Of a stretch of DNA of 64,000 nt, positions 53,701-64,000 are shown piece after piece; the first letter of the stretch is position 1, and every line of letters begins with the position of its first letter. Made by a program: the position numbers and the translations under genes. The stretch spans positions 50,468,001-50,532,000 of the forward strand of contig NC_043001.1 of assembly GCF_006345805.1 (NCBI RefSeq). Reading direction: 5' to 3'. Under the pieces are notes generated by a model. The model searched no databases. It had not been told where the DNA came from and saw nothing but the letters and a program-made list of their open reading frames with translations. This stretch comes from Octopus sinensis. Its lineage: Eukaryota.

Positions 53701-56700
53701 AAAGTAACAATTTTCAAAAAAAAAATTTGTTTATTGTATTTTTTCAATTGTTTATCAATCCATTTTTTCCGCTGATCCCAAAAATGAAATTATTTTGTGT
53801 ATCATCAACAGTTAAAAAAATATGTCGACTTTCAACGTTATTATATATTCGGTATTGTCATAATGTTCCGCTACTAAATGTATGTCTAATTTTTTCTTTC
53901 AGACCAATTACTACGTTCTGCTACTTTCAGGATGGCTACTAGAGTATGTAAAAATTCTCCAGATACATTTTGCTATGTGTGTGGCTATTATATTGGAAAA
54001 AAACAGGTATTACATAAGATCATGAAATGTGCCAAATTGTGGATAGCGTACAGACTCTATTTTGAAATGCCCATGGGTGACCAGGACAAACCATGGGACC
54101 CACATGTGTTATGTAGAAGCTGTTGATCTACTCTAGAAGGATGGTTAAGAGGTACAGGAAGGTCAATGCCTTTTGCCATACCAAGGGTATGGAGAGAGCC
54201 AAAGAACCATCACGATGACTGTTACTTTTGTATGATTGATGTGACTAAGTACAGAAAAGTAAAAGGAAGACAAGCTCTTCAGTATCCAGACATACCATCA
54301 TCTAGAGCACCTGTACCACATGATGACAGTTTACGAATACCACTACCACCAGAAAATATTTCATCTGAAGAGTCAACAAGTAGCAGCAGCCAAGAAATGG
54401 AGGAAGCTTTCGTACCAAGAATGACTTCGGAGCCTCACTTTCCAAATCAGAGTGAGCTAGATGATTTAATAAGGGATCTGGGTCTTATTAAGTCAGGAGC
54501 TGAACTTCTTTCATCAAGGTTGAAGGAATGGAATCTACTGGGGGAAGACTGCAAGACATCTGTGTACTGGAAACGCCATGAAGAATTTGAAATTTACTAT
54601 GAAAATATTAACGATCTGTGTTATTGTAACAATGTGATAGGATTGTTTACTGCTGTTGAACTCATACATGATTCTCCAGAATGGTGACTGTTTGTAGATA
54701 GCTCAACATGAAGTCTCAAAGCAGTGTTGCTCCACAATGGAAATAAATATCCTTCTTTGCCTCTTGCACACTCCATACAGAAGAAAGAAAATTACGATAA
54801 TGTCAAAGAACTTCTCAACAAAATAAATTATGCTGAGTTCAAGTGGGATGTTTGTGGTGATTTCAAGATGCTTCCCTTCTTGCTTGGATTGCAAGGGGGA
54901 TACACAAAGTATTCATGTTTCCTTTGCTTATGGGACAGCAGAGCTGATGATGATCATTACAAGAGAGTACATTGGCCCCCACGAGTAGAACTGCAGTCAG
55001 GAATGTCAAATGTTCTCAAATAGCCCCTAGTAGATTCCAACAAAATCTTATTACCCCCACTTCATATCAAACTCAGATAGATAAAACAGTTTGTGAAGGC
55101 CTTAGATTTTAGAGGAGAAGCTTTTCAAGAAATTTGTCTTATGTTTCCAAAGCTATCTGAGAATAAGATCAAGGGTGGCATATTTGTTGGGCCCCAAGTA
55201 AATGCAATGTTAAAGTCAAAGAAACCGGAAAGAGCACTGACAAAAGTTGAAAAAGAAGCTTGGTGTGCATTTCATGATGTAGTTCGTGGATTCCTAGGAA
55301 ATCACAAAGATCCTAATTACAAAGAGCTGGTAGCAAAGCTTACTGAAAACTTCAAGAAAATGGGTAGTCGTATGTCCTTAAAGGTTCATTTTTTACACTC
55401 TCACCTAGATTTTTTCCCTGAAAATTTGGGTGATGTCAGTGAGGAGCATGGTGAAAGATTTCATCAGGATGTCGCAACTATGGAAAGAAGATACCAAGGA
55501 CGATGGGATACTGCTATGATGGGAGATTATATACGGTCTCTAGTCAGAAAAGATGAAGGTATACACTCCAGAAAATCTCGATCGTCAAAGCACTTCTCAT
55601 CTTAAGAAAAGAGTTATCAAGGCATTTACAGTGCAGAGTTTTATTGCTTCATTTTCTTCTAGCTAATATCATACTTCTTAAATATCTTTCAATATATGAA
55701 AAAGTACTAAATGTTGTGTAATTATCCTTACAATACTAGAATAGATTGAACCAACAAAGTGCTAGAGAGAAAAGTTACAAATATAACGAGCAAATATGAA
55801 ATTAGGAATAAATATATAACTATCAATGTTAGGTCAAAACGAATGCGATTTTTGAATTTAGTGGCAAAAAATGCATATATGAACATTAAAAAATATAAAT
55901 AAACAAAACATGTGTTACATTGTGTAATTTAACAATGGTTATTCTGAATATCTAAATTTTGCAGGTAAATAAGAGTATTAGTTACTGGTTCAAAGTAGTC
56001 CATATATTGTTACATTTATTACGCCCACTTGTCTATAAGTATGAGAGACGACATAGCTTCTCACTGTACAAAACTGATATGTGAGGAGGGACTCAGCTAA
56101 GATGACATGTTTATAAATATATATATCATCATCATTGATGTCTCCTTTGCCTTGCTTGCATAGGTGAAAAAGAATTTGTTGAAGCAGAATTACAACAGCT
56201 GAACGCCCTTTCTGATGGCAACCCTCACCTGATTCCAAGCAAGGTAATGTTTTCTATGGCCAGGAGACTGGAAACGAACAACACATATATTTGTGTTTAT
56301 GTAAAAAGCACCGACTACACTCATGGAGTGGTTGGCATTAGGAAGGACATCCAGCTGTAGAAACACTGCCAGATCAGACTGGAGCCTGGTGCAGCCTCCT
56401 GACCTCCCAGACACCAGTCAAACCGTCCAACCCATGCTAGCATGGAAAACAGACGTTAAACGATGATGATGATGATATATATATATTCACACACACACAC
56501 ACAACGTATAAGGGGCTGGTGAAAAGTTCCTGGTAAAAGAAATACAGGAGGATCAGTTAATCATTATTTTATTCAACATATTTCCCTCTCAGATTCATAC
56601 ACTTATTGCAGTGATCCTTAAGTTGTTCTAAGCCCTGTAAAAGAATTTGGAAGGTTGAGCCAGGTCTTTCACGATACCCTTAAAACCAGGAACTTTTCAG

Positions 56701-59700
56701 CACTCCCTCATGTGTGTGAATGTATAAATAGTTCTATGATATGCTTCAGAATTTCTAAAACAGTTTCTAAAGCTGAGAAAGTCCAAGCAATTTATCAATA
56801 TGTTATATCAATTAAACTACTGTAAGCCAGCAAAGCCTACCAGCCTCTATGCCAGGTGTTGCAATTTTAGTTTTGATCACGTGTTGAATTTGGGTTTATA
56901 ACACCAGGCATGGGCAACCCATGGTATTTATGCTGCATGCAGCCCTTTATGTCACTCATATCATGATTGTCTAACTTAATTTTTCAATCCAGCTATGGAA
57001 GTTTGAACAATTTAATTTCTTTCTCTCTTGTTAATTTTCCATGCTCTCTCAATCAATTTTTTTCTTCTTTTTTATTTAAGTAGAGATAGTATAATCTAGA
57101 AAAAATGATAAACTCTAAACTTTAATCTATAGAAAATAAGTGGGCAAATCCTTGTGAATAAAGAACCCCCTGGAGACATCGGTTTCACCTACGTGGGCAT
57201 CAATATTGCTACTGAGTGGAGTTCTGAGGTAGATGTCAACTCCAGAACTGAGCATGCAACAGCAGTGTTCATAGAAATGAAAAAGATCTGAACCTACACT
57301 TTGACTTGCAACCATATGAAGATTCTACTGTGCCAGAGCATTGTCCTGCCAATGGCAGTTTATAAGGGGAAAACATTTAGATTTAGGGTGAGTCATCTCA
57401 CCTGTCTATGACTTTCAGGTGTTTTAACACCCGGTGCTTTGATGGAGTCATTTCCACTGCACCAAATTGCAGCCTACCAGTGAACAAGCAATGCACATAG
57501 ATTGAGTATGTGTTCAATAATATTTACAACACTAGTGCTACTTTTAATACATATTTGAATATATATATAGCCAAAGCAACAAAGTGGCTTCTGTGCCGGT
57601 GGCACGTAAAACGCACCATTCGAGCATGGTCGTTACCTGCATCGCCTCACTGGCACCTGTGCTGGTGGCACGTGAAAAAACATTCGAGTGAGGTCATTGC
57701 CAGTGCCGTTGGACTGGCTCCTATGCTGGTGTTACATAAAAAGCACCATCTGAGCGTGGCTATTGCCAGTACCGCCTGACTGGCCCTCGTGCCGGTGGCA
57801 CGTAAAAGCACCCACTACACTCTCGGAGTGGTTGGCGTTAGGAAGGGCATCCAGCTGTAGAAACTCTGCCAGACCAGATTGGAGCCTGGTGCAGCCATCT
57901 GGTTCGCCAGACCTCAGTCAAATAATCCAAACCATGCTAGCATGGAAAGCGGACGTTAAACGATGCTGATGATGATATAGGATTAGCTTCTTTCAATTTT
58001 CATTTATCAAATCCACTCACAAGGCTTTGATCATCCCAGAGCTATCAAAGAAGGCGTTTGCCTTTTGTATGGTTCAGTTTAAGATGGCAATGTCTTTTAA
58101 GATTTGCTTACTGTAAAAAAGGATGCCAATATCTGCACTACATGCTAGAAATGGCAGCTATTTCTGCCCTCAGATTGCACCCTAAACATCCTAAAAGAAG
58201 AAAAACACAACAGACAAAAAGGGAGGATGGTCATGAGCTGGAACAGTTTTGCTCCATAACCTTGCTTGACTAGAATTGACAATGAACAAAAATAGAATGA
58301 CAGCAACATTAAATGACTACTTTTGCTGACTGATTTTCATTATTGATGCCAGAATGTAGAACAGGGGGCTGAGGGTTTTATACCTGTAAGCCAGCAAAGC
58401 CCACCAGCCTCTATGCCAGGGGTTGTGATTTTAGTTTTGATCACATGTCAAGTTTGGGTTCATAAAAACCAGGTATGGGCAAACAGTGGTACTTATGCTA
58501 CATGCAGCCCTTTATGTCACTCATAATATCATGATTGTCTAGCATAATCTTTCAATCCAGCTCTGGTTTATGAAAGAATAAAACTATTAGCAGCACATAA
58601 GCCAAACCTATTTCTTTACACAAATGTAATTGAATTTTTTAAAATTCATCTAAAAGATACAAATAAAACCCCATTATGTTCATGTATTTGTTTTGCAAGA
58701 TCCCTGATGTGAATTCATGTGTTGAAACAGATATTGTTGTATTTTGGGATGGTCACATATTGCCATTTAAATACACACTATTATTATTATTTTAGTATCT
58801 TTGTCTAAGCTCTTTTCTCAGACATCCTGTGACATCTTCAGCAACTCTCTATCCCAACTTGAAGTGATACGCAAAGTGTTTAATTGGCAAAATATGACCA
58901 TACCCAAGTGTAAAATTTATTTTCAAATGCCAGTTTACTTACATCTCAGGAATTTTTATGCCTTTGCTGTAGGCTCTGTTTCTGTAAGCTAGGCAGGCTA
59001 ACATTATACTTTCAGTACCACCAGTTGTAACCTGAGATGAAATATAAGATTTATGTCAATTGCAATACATTTGTACTGATTTTATGACAGTCTATATTCA
59101 CTTATCTCATTAAAATAATCTAAAATTATTGAGTAACCATAGGAAATGTACTTTAAAAGAAACAAAACCTTTTATTTATCTTATTTTACTTGATTTTATT
59201 TCATTTTTGTATTTGGTTAGCAAGATACTTTATGTGAATTCATCTGTTGAAACAAATTTTGTTGTGTCTTGGCCAATATTAATAACACATTACACCAATA
59301 TTAATAACACACACACACACACACTGGTAAATTGCAACATTGTAACATTTCAATGAAGTATAAATATATAACCAAGAGTATTAATGGAAAATATTTAGTT
59401 TCAATCTAATTAATTAATTAACAACACTAAATTACCATTAAAGAAAAAAAAATTATAAGAGAAGAAAATAGATGAACTTACAATGCCACAACTTGCTGAA
59501 CTTCCATTGAATAAATTACATGTCATGCGGACAATTTCTGCTTCCATCTTACGAATATCGGGAAATACTTCTGGATGTAAAGGGTTGCTGAAGGCAAATA
59601 TTTCATAAACCTGAAATAGAAAGTTCAATCAATCAATATTTTATCTTACTTACACATTTGTTGTGACACTTTGGTTAAGTAATTCCTGTCATGGCCTCAC

Positions 59701-61981
59701 AGCAATCCAACACTAATAAACGAAATTCGATAAATGAAATGTGTGTGGAAGCTTATAAGTTGAACTGTACCCAATTCTTAACCTAGTTTAACACCACAAC
59801 CTGAACCTTGGGTACTTTTAGCTTAGCCCAGTCTGCTGCAAGCATTCAGATCAGGTCTTCACTCTGAGGACAGTTCTATATTTTGACATGCTGCTTTCTA
59901 TTTCAGAATCCCTCATGATTGATTAATCCTTCAGCATTTAATCCGGCCATATCCAGCCCAAATACTCTACTTGTTTGATGTTAAAATTTAACAGATCCAA
60001 CCTATCACACCTTATCTACAACGTCATTCTAAAAATATACAAACACACCACTGAAATCTTGAAGCTACAAGATGATGCATAATTAAATTAAAACAATGTG
60101 AAAAAATAAGCAATACATTTGACAGAAGAATCTGAACGTTAAAGAGTTAAATACACAGATTTTGAGCACAGAGTGAAACCTTCAATTTTATATGTGATTG
60201 CATGATAAGAACAGGCCTGGGCTAAACAGCAACAACTACTACTTCTACTGCTACTACAACTACTTACTTTAGCCAGCAGTTTTGTAAGCTCCTCATTTGA
60301 TCCATAAATCATTCCTGAACACCAGCCTTTTTTCCAGTCAACAACACCATAGGCACGATACCTTTCCACTTCTTTCATGACATCTTCCTGAAACAGCAAC
60401 AAGCATATAAATATGTATTATTTTCTGCAGGTATAACAGTAAATATTGTATTACAGTCAACAAACTATTACTGTTCTAACATACATATTGCTCAGCTTAT
60501 ACCTTATAATGTTCAAATCTATGCATTATTGTATTAAAATAAAGTAAAATTAACAAAAACAAAAAAAAATAGAAAACAAAGGAAATCGATGTTCTTTTGT
60601 CATGTTTTTATAAAATACACTTTTTTTATGCTGGCATGGGTTGGACACGATTTTATGAAGCAGCTTTTCTTACAGCTAGATACTTTTCCTAACACTAACA
60701 CTTCTTATTTGTTTTCAAGTAAGGTATAGAACTAAATTAATCCTGAGTTTTTGGGACATGGTACCAGTTCAATAAAATTTTAATGGACTATTAAAAATGA
60801 CTATAAATGGTAGAATTTTGTATCAAGATGCTCACGTAAATTAGATTTTCTGTTTTGATGGGGATTTTTTGCAATTATTTTTTTCATCACAGCCTTGGAA
60901 ATGCTGGTGGGAAGCTTCTTATGCAAAAAAGTTTTGGAAAATTTGTGGGAGCTTTTTTCTTCCCCCAACTCTTCACCACCACCACTCCCTCCACACCGAT
61001 TGTGGCTTTTTAGTTTTTAGCACTACACACTTAAAAATGAATGAAGAAGCCTTTCCATTATAAAAGAAAATTGTATTTTCAGATGAAAAGGTGTGTAACT
61101 TAAGGGAGGTTTAGCTGTTGTTTCTAGCACATCCCACGACCACCTGGTCCCTTTCTCAGAATTGTGTGTAGACCTAGATTAAAAATCAAAATGTGAAAAC
61201 TAATTCCTTGCTTTAGCATTAAAAGCTATAAAAATTTAAGCTTACAGCAATCTTGTGAGTAGGAAAGACAGAAAAAAAATCAGCACAAACTGTGAAAATG
61301 TAAACACCACCACAAATTATTCAACTGTATTCAAAATTAGAAAAAAAAACCCCATCACACTGGACTTTAATAGTCTACAAAATAATATTCATTGGACAAA
61401 TATAATTTTTATTGGCTAAGTTTGACCAATATTTTTCAAAGAAAACATTTACAGGTACAAAAACATCCACTAGGTAAAATTCAGATGTTGTTCTCCACAC
61501 ATTGCTAAAACGGCAAGAGGGAATAAACAACATTCTTAAAACAATGATTCGATGCTAATTTTGGGCCCTAGAAGACTTATGTGGGGAGGGGGGGCAGGGA
61601 GTAAAGATAAGGGTTAAGGAGGGACGAGGAGTAAGAGATAAAGAAGTATGTGGGAGGAGGGAGGAAGAGGGAGGATGAGGATGAGGAAGGGGAAGAGAAG
61701 GTTGTAACAGAGTTGACCTCTGCAAACCTTAATTTAAAATTAAATAAGCTTTTTTTTTATTTTTTTAAACAGCCAAAAAATACTTCAAAACAAAACACTA
61801 CTCACTGAAGAAAATCCTTTCTCTGGCACAACCTGTACATATGGTTCTGAATTAATGGAATGTTTGATACTCTCATTGATCTGTTGGGCAGTTTCCTTCA
61901 GTGACTTGTCTATTTTCTGCTGCACAGCAGGTACTTTCCTCAATATTTTAAATAAAGTTCTCTTAATCCTCAAGGTTAAAT
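37307..61981 (-). CDS. SGPL1: Sphingosine-1-phosphate lyase (PLP-dependent, group II decarboxylase fold). 13 coding exons in the window (1478 nt); N-terminal exon(s) not found in the window
   Basis: Exons join in frame through GT-AG introns and give the family motifs [48 protein letters not shown] (PLP lysine), [22 protein letters not shown] and GALYGMSQ. Confidence 0.96.
37769..38702. repeat. Nested, overlapping inverted-repeat complex (A-B...C-A-B'-A'-C')
   Basis: 37769-37934 is the inverse of 38326-38497; 38058-38328 is the inverse of 38438-38702. Confidence 0.88.
39103..39256. repeat. Palindrome with 71-bp arms (2 mismatches) and a 12-bp loop, derived from the piggyBac-type MITE
   Basis: 39103-39173 versus 39186-39256. 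Confidence 0.9.
39339..39388. repeat. (GAA)n(GGA)n repeat ~16 nt into the intron after the E12 donor
   Basis: Direct reading. Confidence 0.9.
39405..39525 (-). CDS. SGPL1: SGPL1 E12, 121 nt: IHMCVTLTH...EKCQGA
   Basis: ccag / gtaagt. Confidence 0.93.
39930..40248 (+). mobile_element. 5'-truncated LINE 3' end (C-terminal CCHC region plus poly(A))
   Basis: [11 protein letters not shown]...[19 protein letters not shown], then a poly(A) tract at ~40235-40248. Confidence 0.75.
41079..41225 (-). CDS. SGPL1: SGPL1 E11, 147 nt: [20 protein letters not shown]...LNPLQFPA(S)
   Basis: tttcag / gtaagt. Confidence 0.95.
41972..42160 (+). repeat. Dispersed (CAT)n-headed repeat family. Same orientation at ~35170, ~35690 and ~39625; opposite orientation at ~43380, 56300-56475 and 57789-57975
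   Basis: catcatcgtttaacgtccg...gctgcaccaggctccagtctg...gctggatgcccttcctaacgccaaccac. Confidence 0.8.
42816..42933 (-). CDS. SGPL1: SGPL1 E10, 118 nt: [15 protein letters not shown]...TARAMAK(V)
   Basis: ctag / gtaatt; phase 2 fits E11. Confidence 0.92.
43001..43090 (+). pseudogene. Short CR1-like RT C-terminal remnant
   Basis: [14 protein letters not shown]...I resembles the CR1 motif RP.LEYAS.VW.P. Confidence 0.45.
44030..44150 (-). CDS. SGPL1: SGPL1 E9, 121 nt: [13 protein letters not shown]...YATPTFA(G)
   Basis: ccag / gtattg. Confidence 0.95.
44433..44579 (-). CDS. SGPL1: SGPL1 E8, 147 nt: [18 protein letters not shown]...SISADTHK
   Basis: ccag / gtaaag. Ends at the PLP-binding Lys. 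Confidence 0.95.
46302..46863 (+). mobile_element. Internally deleted mariner (DD34D-type) element
   Basis: TIRs ttgggttgtctggaa(c/a)gtt(t/c)gtgcc, TA TSD. N-terminal [14 protein letters not shown] is joined to C-terminal [16 protein letters not shown]. Confidence 0.9.
47050..47112 (-). CDS. SGPL1: SGPL1 E7, 63 nt: [21 protein letters not shown]
   Basis: tttacag / gtaagt. Confidence 0.95.
47123..47427. repeat. Minisatellite: 4 copies of a ~74-bp unit
   Basis: aacctctatgtgag at 47178, 47252, 47326 and 47407. Confidence 0.92.
48663..48800 (-). pseudogene. Decayed LINE (RTE/CR1-type) post-endonuclease linker fragment
   Basis: [23 protein letters not shown]. Confidence 0.55.
48860..48967 (-). 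CDS. SGPL1: SGPL1 E6, 108 nt: [15 protein letters not shown]...NKNTCL
   Basis: cag / gtaagt. Confidence 0.93.
49501..49633 (+). other. Inverted paralogous copy of SGPL1 E5 plus ~90 nt of its upstream intron (exon-like part 49591-49627)
   Basis: tttcag|AATTGCTCCAAAGACTGTTCACGCTGCTTTTGAAAAG|gtgaat, 34/37 identical to E5. The upstream 22-mer tttggagataatttaatattaa is identical. Confidence 0.92.
50391..52100 (+). mobile_element. SINE (same family as 8842) whose tail is split by a piggyBac derivative
   Basis: Tail stops at gtttgattaa (50954) and resumes at ttaaactcttcgaggtggtgcc (52041). Confidence 0.65.
50955..52040 (-). mobile_element. Non-autonomous piggyBac derivative retaining the transposase N-terminus (51369-51761)
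   Basis: TTAA TSDs at 50951-50954 and 52041-52044; TIRs CCCTTTCGT(T/C)AC; acidic N-terminus and DYFFLLF...[10 protein letters not shown]. Confidence 0.85.
53266..53302 (-). CDS. SGPL1: SGPL1 E5, 37 nt: [12 protein letters not shown]
   Basis: tttcag / gtgagt; phase fits E4 and E6. Confidence 0.93.
53698..55924 (+). mobile_element. Full-length Chapaev3-like (CMC superfamily) DNA transposon
   Basis: TIRs CACAA(A/T)GTAACA and 3-bp TAA TSD (53695-53697, 55925-55927). Confidence 0.8.
53932..55605 (+). pseudogene. Chapaev3-like transposase, 558 codons in one frame with 5 in-frame stops
   Basis: [59 protein letters not shown]...RYQG. Stops at 54124, 54685, 54709, 55021 and 55078. Confidence 0.88.
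56511..56709. mobile_element. Tc1/mariner-type MITE
   Basis: Imperfect TIRs agggg...tgaaaagttcctgg / ccaggaacttttca...ccct. Confidence 0.6.
56820..56994. repeat. ~175-bp diverged direct repeat, second copy at 58384-58562
   Basis: ctgtaagccagcaaagcc...gcagccctttatgtcactcata...ttcaatccagct. Confidence 0.85.
57140..57290 (+). pseudogene. Decayed RTE-like RT C-terminal fragment
   Basis: [10 protein letters not shown]...[15 protein letters not shown] resembles FTYLGS...EI..RI.KA..AF. Confidence 0.5.
58943..59031 (-). CDS. SGPL1: SGPL1 E4, 89 nt: [18 protein letters not shown]...KIPE(I)
   Basis: cag / gtaagt. Below the ORF-track cutoff. Confidence 0.95.
59482..59610 (-). CDS. SGPL1: SGPL1 E3, 129 nt: [17 protein letters not shown]...SCGI
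   Basis: cag / gtaagt. Confidence 0.95.
60268..60387 (-). CDS. SGPL1: SGPL1 E2, 120 nt: [10 protein letters not shown]...TKLLAK
   Basis: cag / gtaagt; [11 protein letters not shown] matches the family W..G..SG.VY motif. Confidence 0.92.
61806..61981 (-). CDS. SGPL1: SGPL1 exon E1 (in-window numbering), 176 nt: (D)[11 protein letters not shown]...VPEKGFSS
   Basis: tttcag acceptor, gtgagt donor. Lacks the upstream TM exon. Confidence 0.85.
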
Positions 61982-62235
61982 CTGAAATTACACCAGAAAG
62001 TATAAAACAAACTAATATACAAGGAATTCAGGATTAATGATTCAAATTATAAAGAAATATAAAACCAATACTTTCAAAAAGATATTTGTCATATAAATAT
62101 GTATGTGTGTGTGAATAGGTGCAGGCATGGCTGTGTGGTAAGAAGCTTGCTTCTTCTCATTCACATAGTTCCGGGCTGACCAAAGTCTTGTGAGTGGATT
62201 TGGTAGATGGAAACTGTAAGAAGCCTGTCGTGTGT

Positions 62236-62280
<45 letters not shown>

Positions 62281-62284
<4 letters not shown>

Positions 62285-62445
62285 AGAGTTCACGAAAAAG
62301 ACAAAAGACAAAGACAGGTGGTGTACAAAACAGGAATTGAAAAAGTCTTTTACGTTTCGAGCCTATGCTCTTCTACAGAAAGGGACACAGAAAAAAACAA
62401 GGAGAGAAAAAAAAATGTGTGTAGTGGCTACCGATCTATCATGGT

Positions 62446-62447
<2 letters not shown>
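62281..62447 (-). mobile_element. Short (TA)n-flanked element, probably derived from a PLE tail
   Basis: Bounded by (TA)n on both sides; carries a hammerhead-like motif. Confidence 0.55.
62347..62382 (-). ncRNA. Minimal hammerhead-like motif with a variant core (CUGUAGA)
   Basis: CTTT-CTGTAGA-A-GAGC-ATAG-GCTC-GAAA-CG-TA-AAAG. Confidence 0.45.
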
Positions 62448-62490
<43 letters not shown>

Positions 62491-62820
62491 GTATTAGTAT
62501 CCAGAAGACCCAAGGTGGCAGGTAACACTATGTAAGTGCTATGGAAAGACCGTAGTTAAACTCTCGGTTCGATAATGATACGAGTGAGAAGTATAATGTG
62601 GGTCTTGTATGAGCATATATATATATATATATACATATAAATTTGACATGGGCGATTCTTTCTTGTCTTAGGATTCTTGGTCAAACAGCTAAGTGGAATT
62701 GTGCAAAAAAGTATACAGAGGTGTAGAATGATCCGATGGTGATACTGGGTTTTGTATTCTTTTATAGCTCCCATGGTTACTGAGATAATCTACTATAATA
62801 ATACTCGTGTTTATGAATGA

Positions 62821-62888
62821 GAAAGGAAAGGGTGATAGATGAATAAAGAAGGAAGGGGTGATAGCTGAATAAGGAAGGAAGGGGTGAT
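62821..62888. repeat. ~26-bp tandem repeat x2.6
   Basis: gaaggaaggggtgatag(a/c)tgaataa. Confidence 0.8.
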
Positions 62889-63688
62889 GTCATACTTGGT
62901 AGTGTACACTGAAAAAGATAAATCAAATAACGTTTCAACTCTGTGTGAATATATATGTGTATGTTAAAGGAGGGTATGTGAATGTGTGTGTGTGCATGTG
63001 CAAGCAATGGAAATGGGATGGTTCATCCTTTGTTTGCTTAGTATTTGGGTTTATTTTTTGATTTGGTTGAGGCTTGGTTGTTTTTTTTTATTTTTTTGTC
63101 GGGTCAGTTATTTTTAGTGTTTTGACAGAAAAATGTCATTCTAAAATTGTTTTTTAACATAAGCATGCCCAAACAAGTTGAATGCTTACACAAAGCAGGT
63201 TTTACAGCCACATCATCCAAACCGACCGGGTGAAACCGGGCTTAGCTGCTAGTATATGTATATGTTTATGTGTGTGTCTGTGTTTGTTCCCCACCGCCAT
63301 CACTTTACAACTGATGCTGGTGAGTTTATGTCCCCAAAACTTTGCAGTTCAGCAACAGAGACCAATAAATTAAGTACTAGGCTTACAAACAATAAGTCCT
63401 GGGGATGATTTCTTCAACTGAAACCCTTTAAGGCGATGTTTCAGTATGACCATAGTCAAATGACTGAAGCAAATAAAAGGAATAAAAGAATATACACACA
63501 TGTATGTGCAACTATATATGTACACACACGAACACATTCATGCATGCATATATATACATACATATACATACCCAACCATAGAAACTATGCAAAAGCAGAC
63601 ATAGTACCGGGTAGAGTATGTATATACGATTCTGCCAGCTTGCTACCCTAATAATAATAATAATAATAATATAATAATAATAATAATA

Positions 63689-64000
63689 CTCTTTTACATG
63701 TTTCAGTCATTTGACTGTGGCCATGCTGGAGCACCACCTTTAATTGAGCAAATTGACCCCGGGACTTATTCTTTGTAAGTCCAGTACTTATTCTATCAGA
63801 CTCTTTTGCTGAACCGCTAAGTGACGGGGACGTAAACACACCAGCATCGGTTGTCAAGCAAGGCTAGGGGTACAAACACAGACACACAAACACATACATA
63901 CATATACATATATATACATATATACGACAGGCTTCTTTCAGTTTCCGTCTACCAAATCCACTCACAAGGCATTGGTCGGCCCAGGGCTATAGCAGAAGAC
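63689..64000 (-). mobile_element. SINE (same family as 8842), cut by the window end
   Basis: Tail and partial head blocks. Confidence 0.7.

Noticed and set aside
62556-62774. Candidate SGPL1 N-terminal/TM exon
   Set aside because: No frame gives an SPL-like TM segment with suitable splice phase; the PWEL frame hits a stop.

Overview
Eukaryotic, AT-rich, microsatellite-dense genomic DNA. The repeat landscape suggests a cephalopod, probably Octopus (inference, not verified). The only host gene I can support is sphingosine-1-phosphate lyase (SGPL1/Sply) on the minus strand: 13 coding exons from 61981 to the stop at 37307, all GT-AG and in frame. Its N-terminal exon(s) appear to lie beyond the window. 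The rest is largely transposon-derived: a hAT split by a Tx1/L1-like LINE, Tc1, mariner, piggyBac, a full-length Chapaev3, a Helitron fragment, Penelope-like elements (PLEs), SINEs and MITEs. Main highlights: (1) a 600-bp tandem, (TA)n-flanked, non-coding unit carrying a canonical type I hammerhead ribozyme at 9561-9665 (-), with cleavage sites exactly 600 nt apart (retrozyme-like); (2) an inverted copy of SGPL1 exon E5 with both splice sites, inside the next intron; (3) further hammerhead motifs in a PLE with inverted pseudo-LTRs and in an SGPL1 intron; (4) several long or nested inverted repeats in the SGPL1 last intron and 3' region. All analysis was by eye; no searches or folding programs were run.
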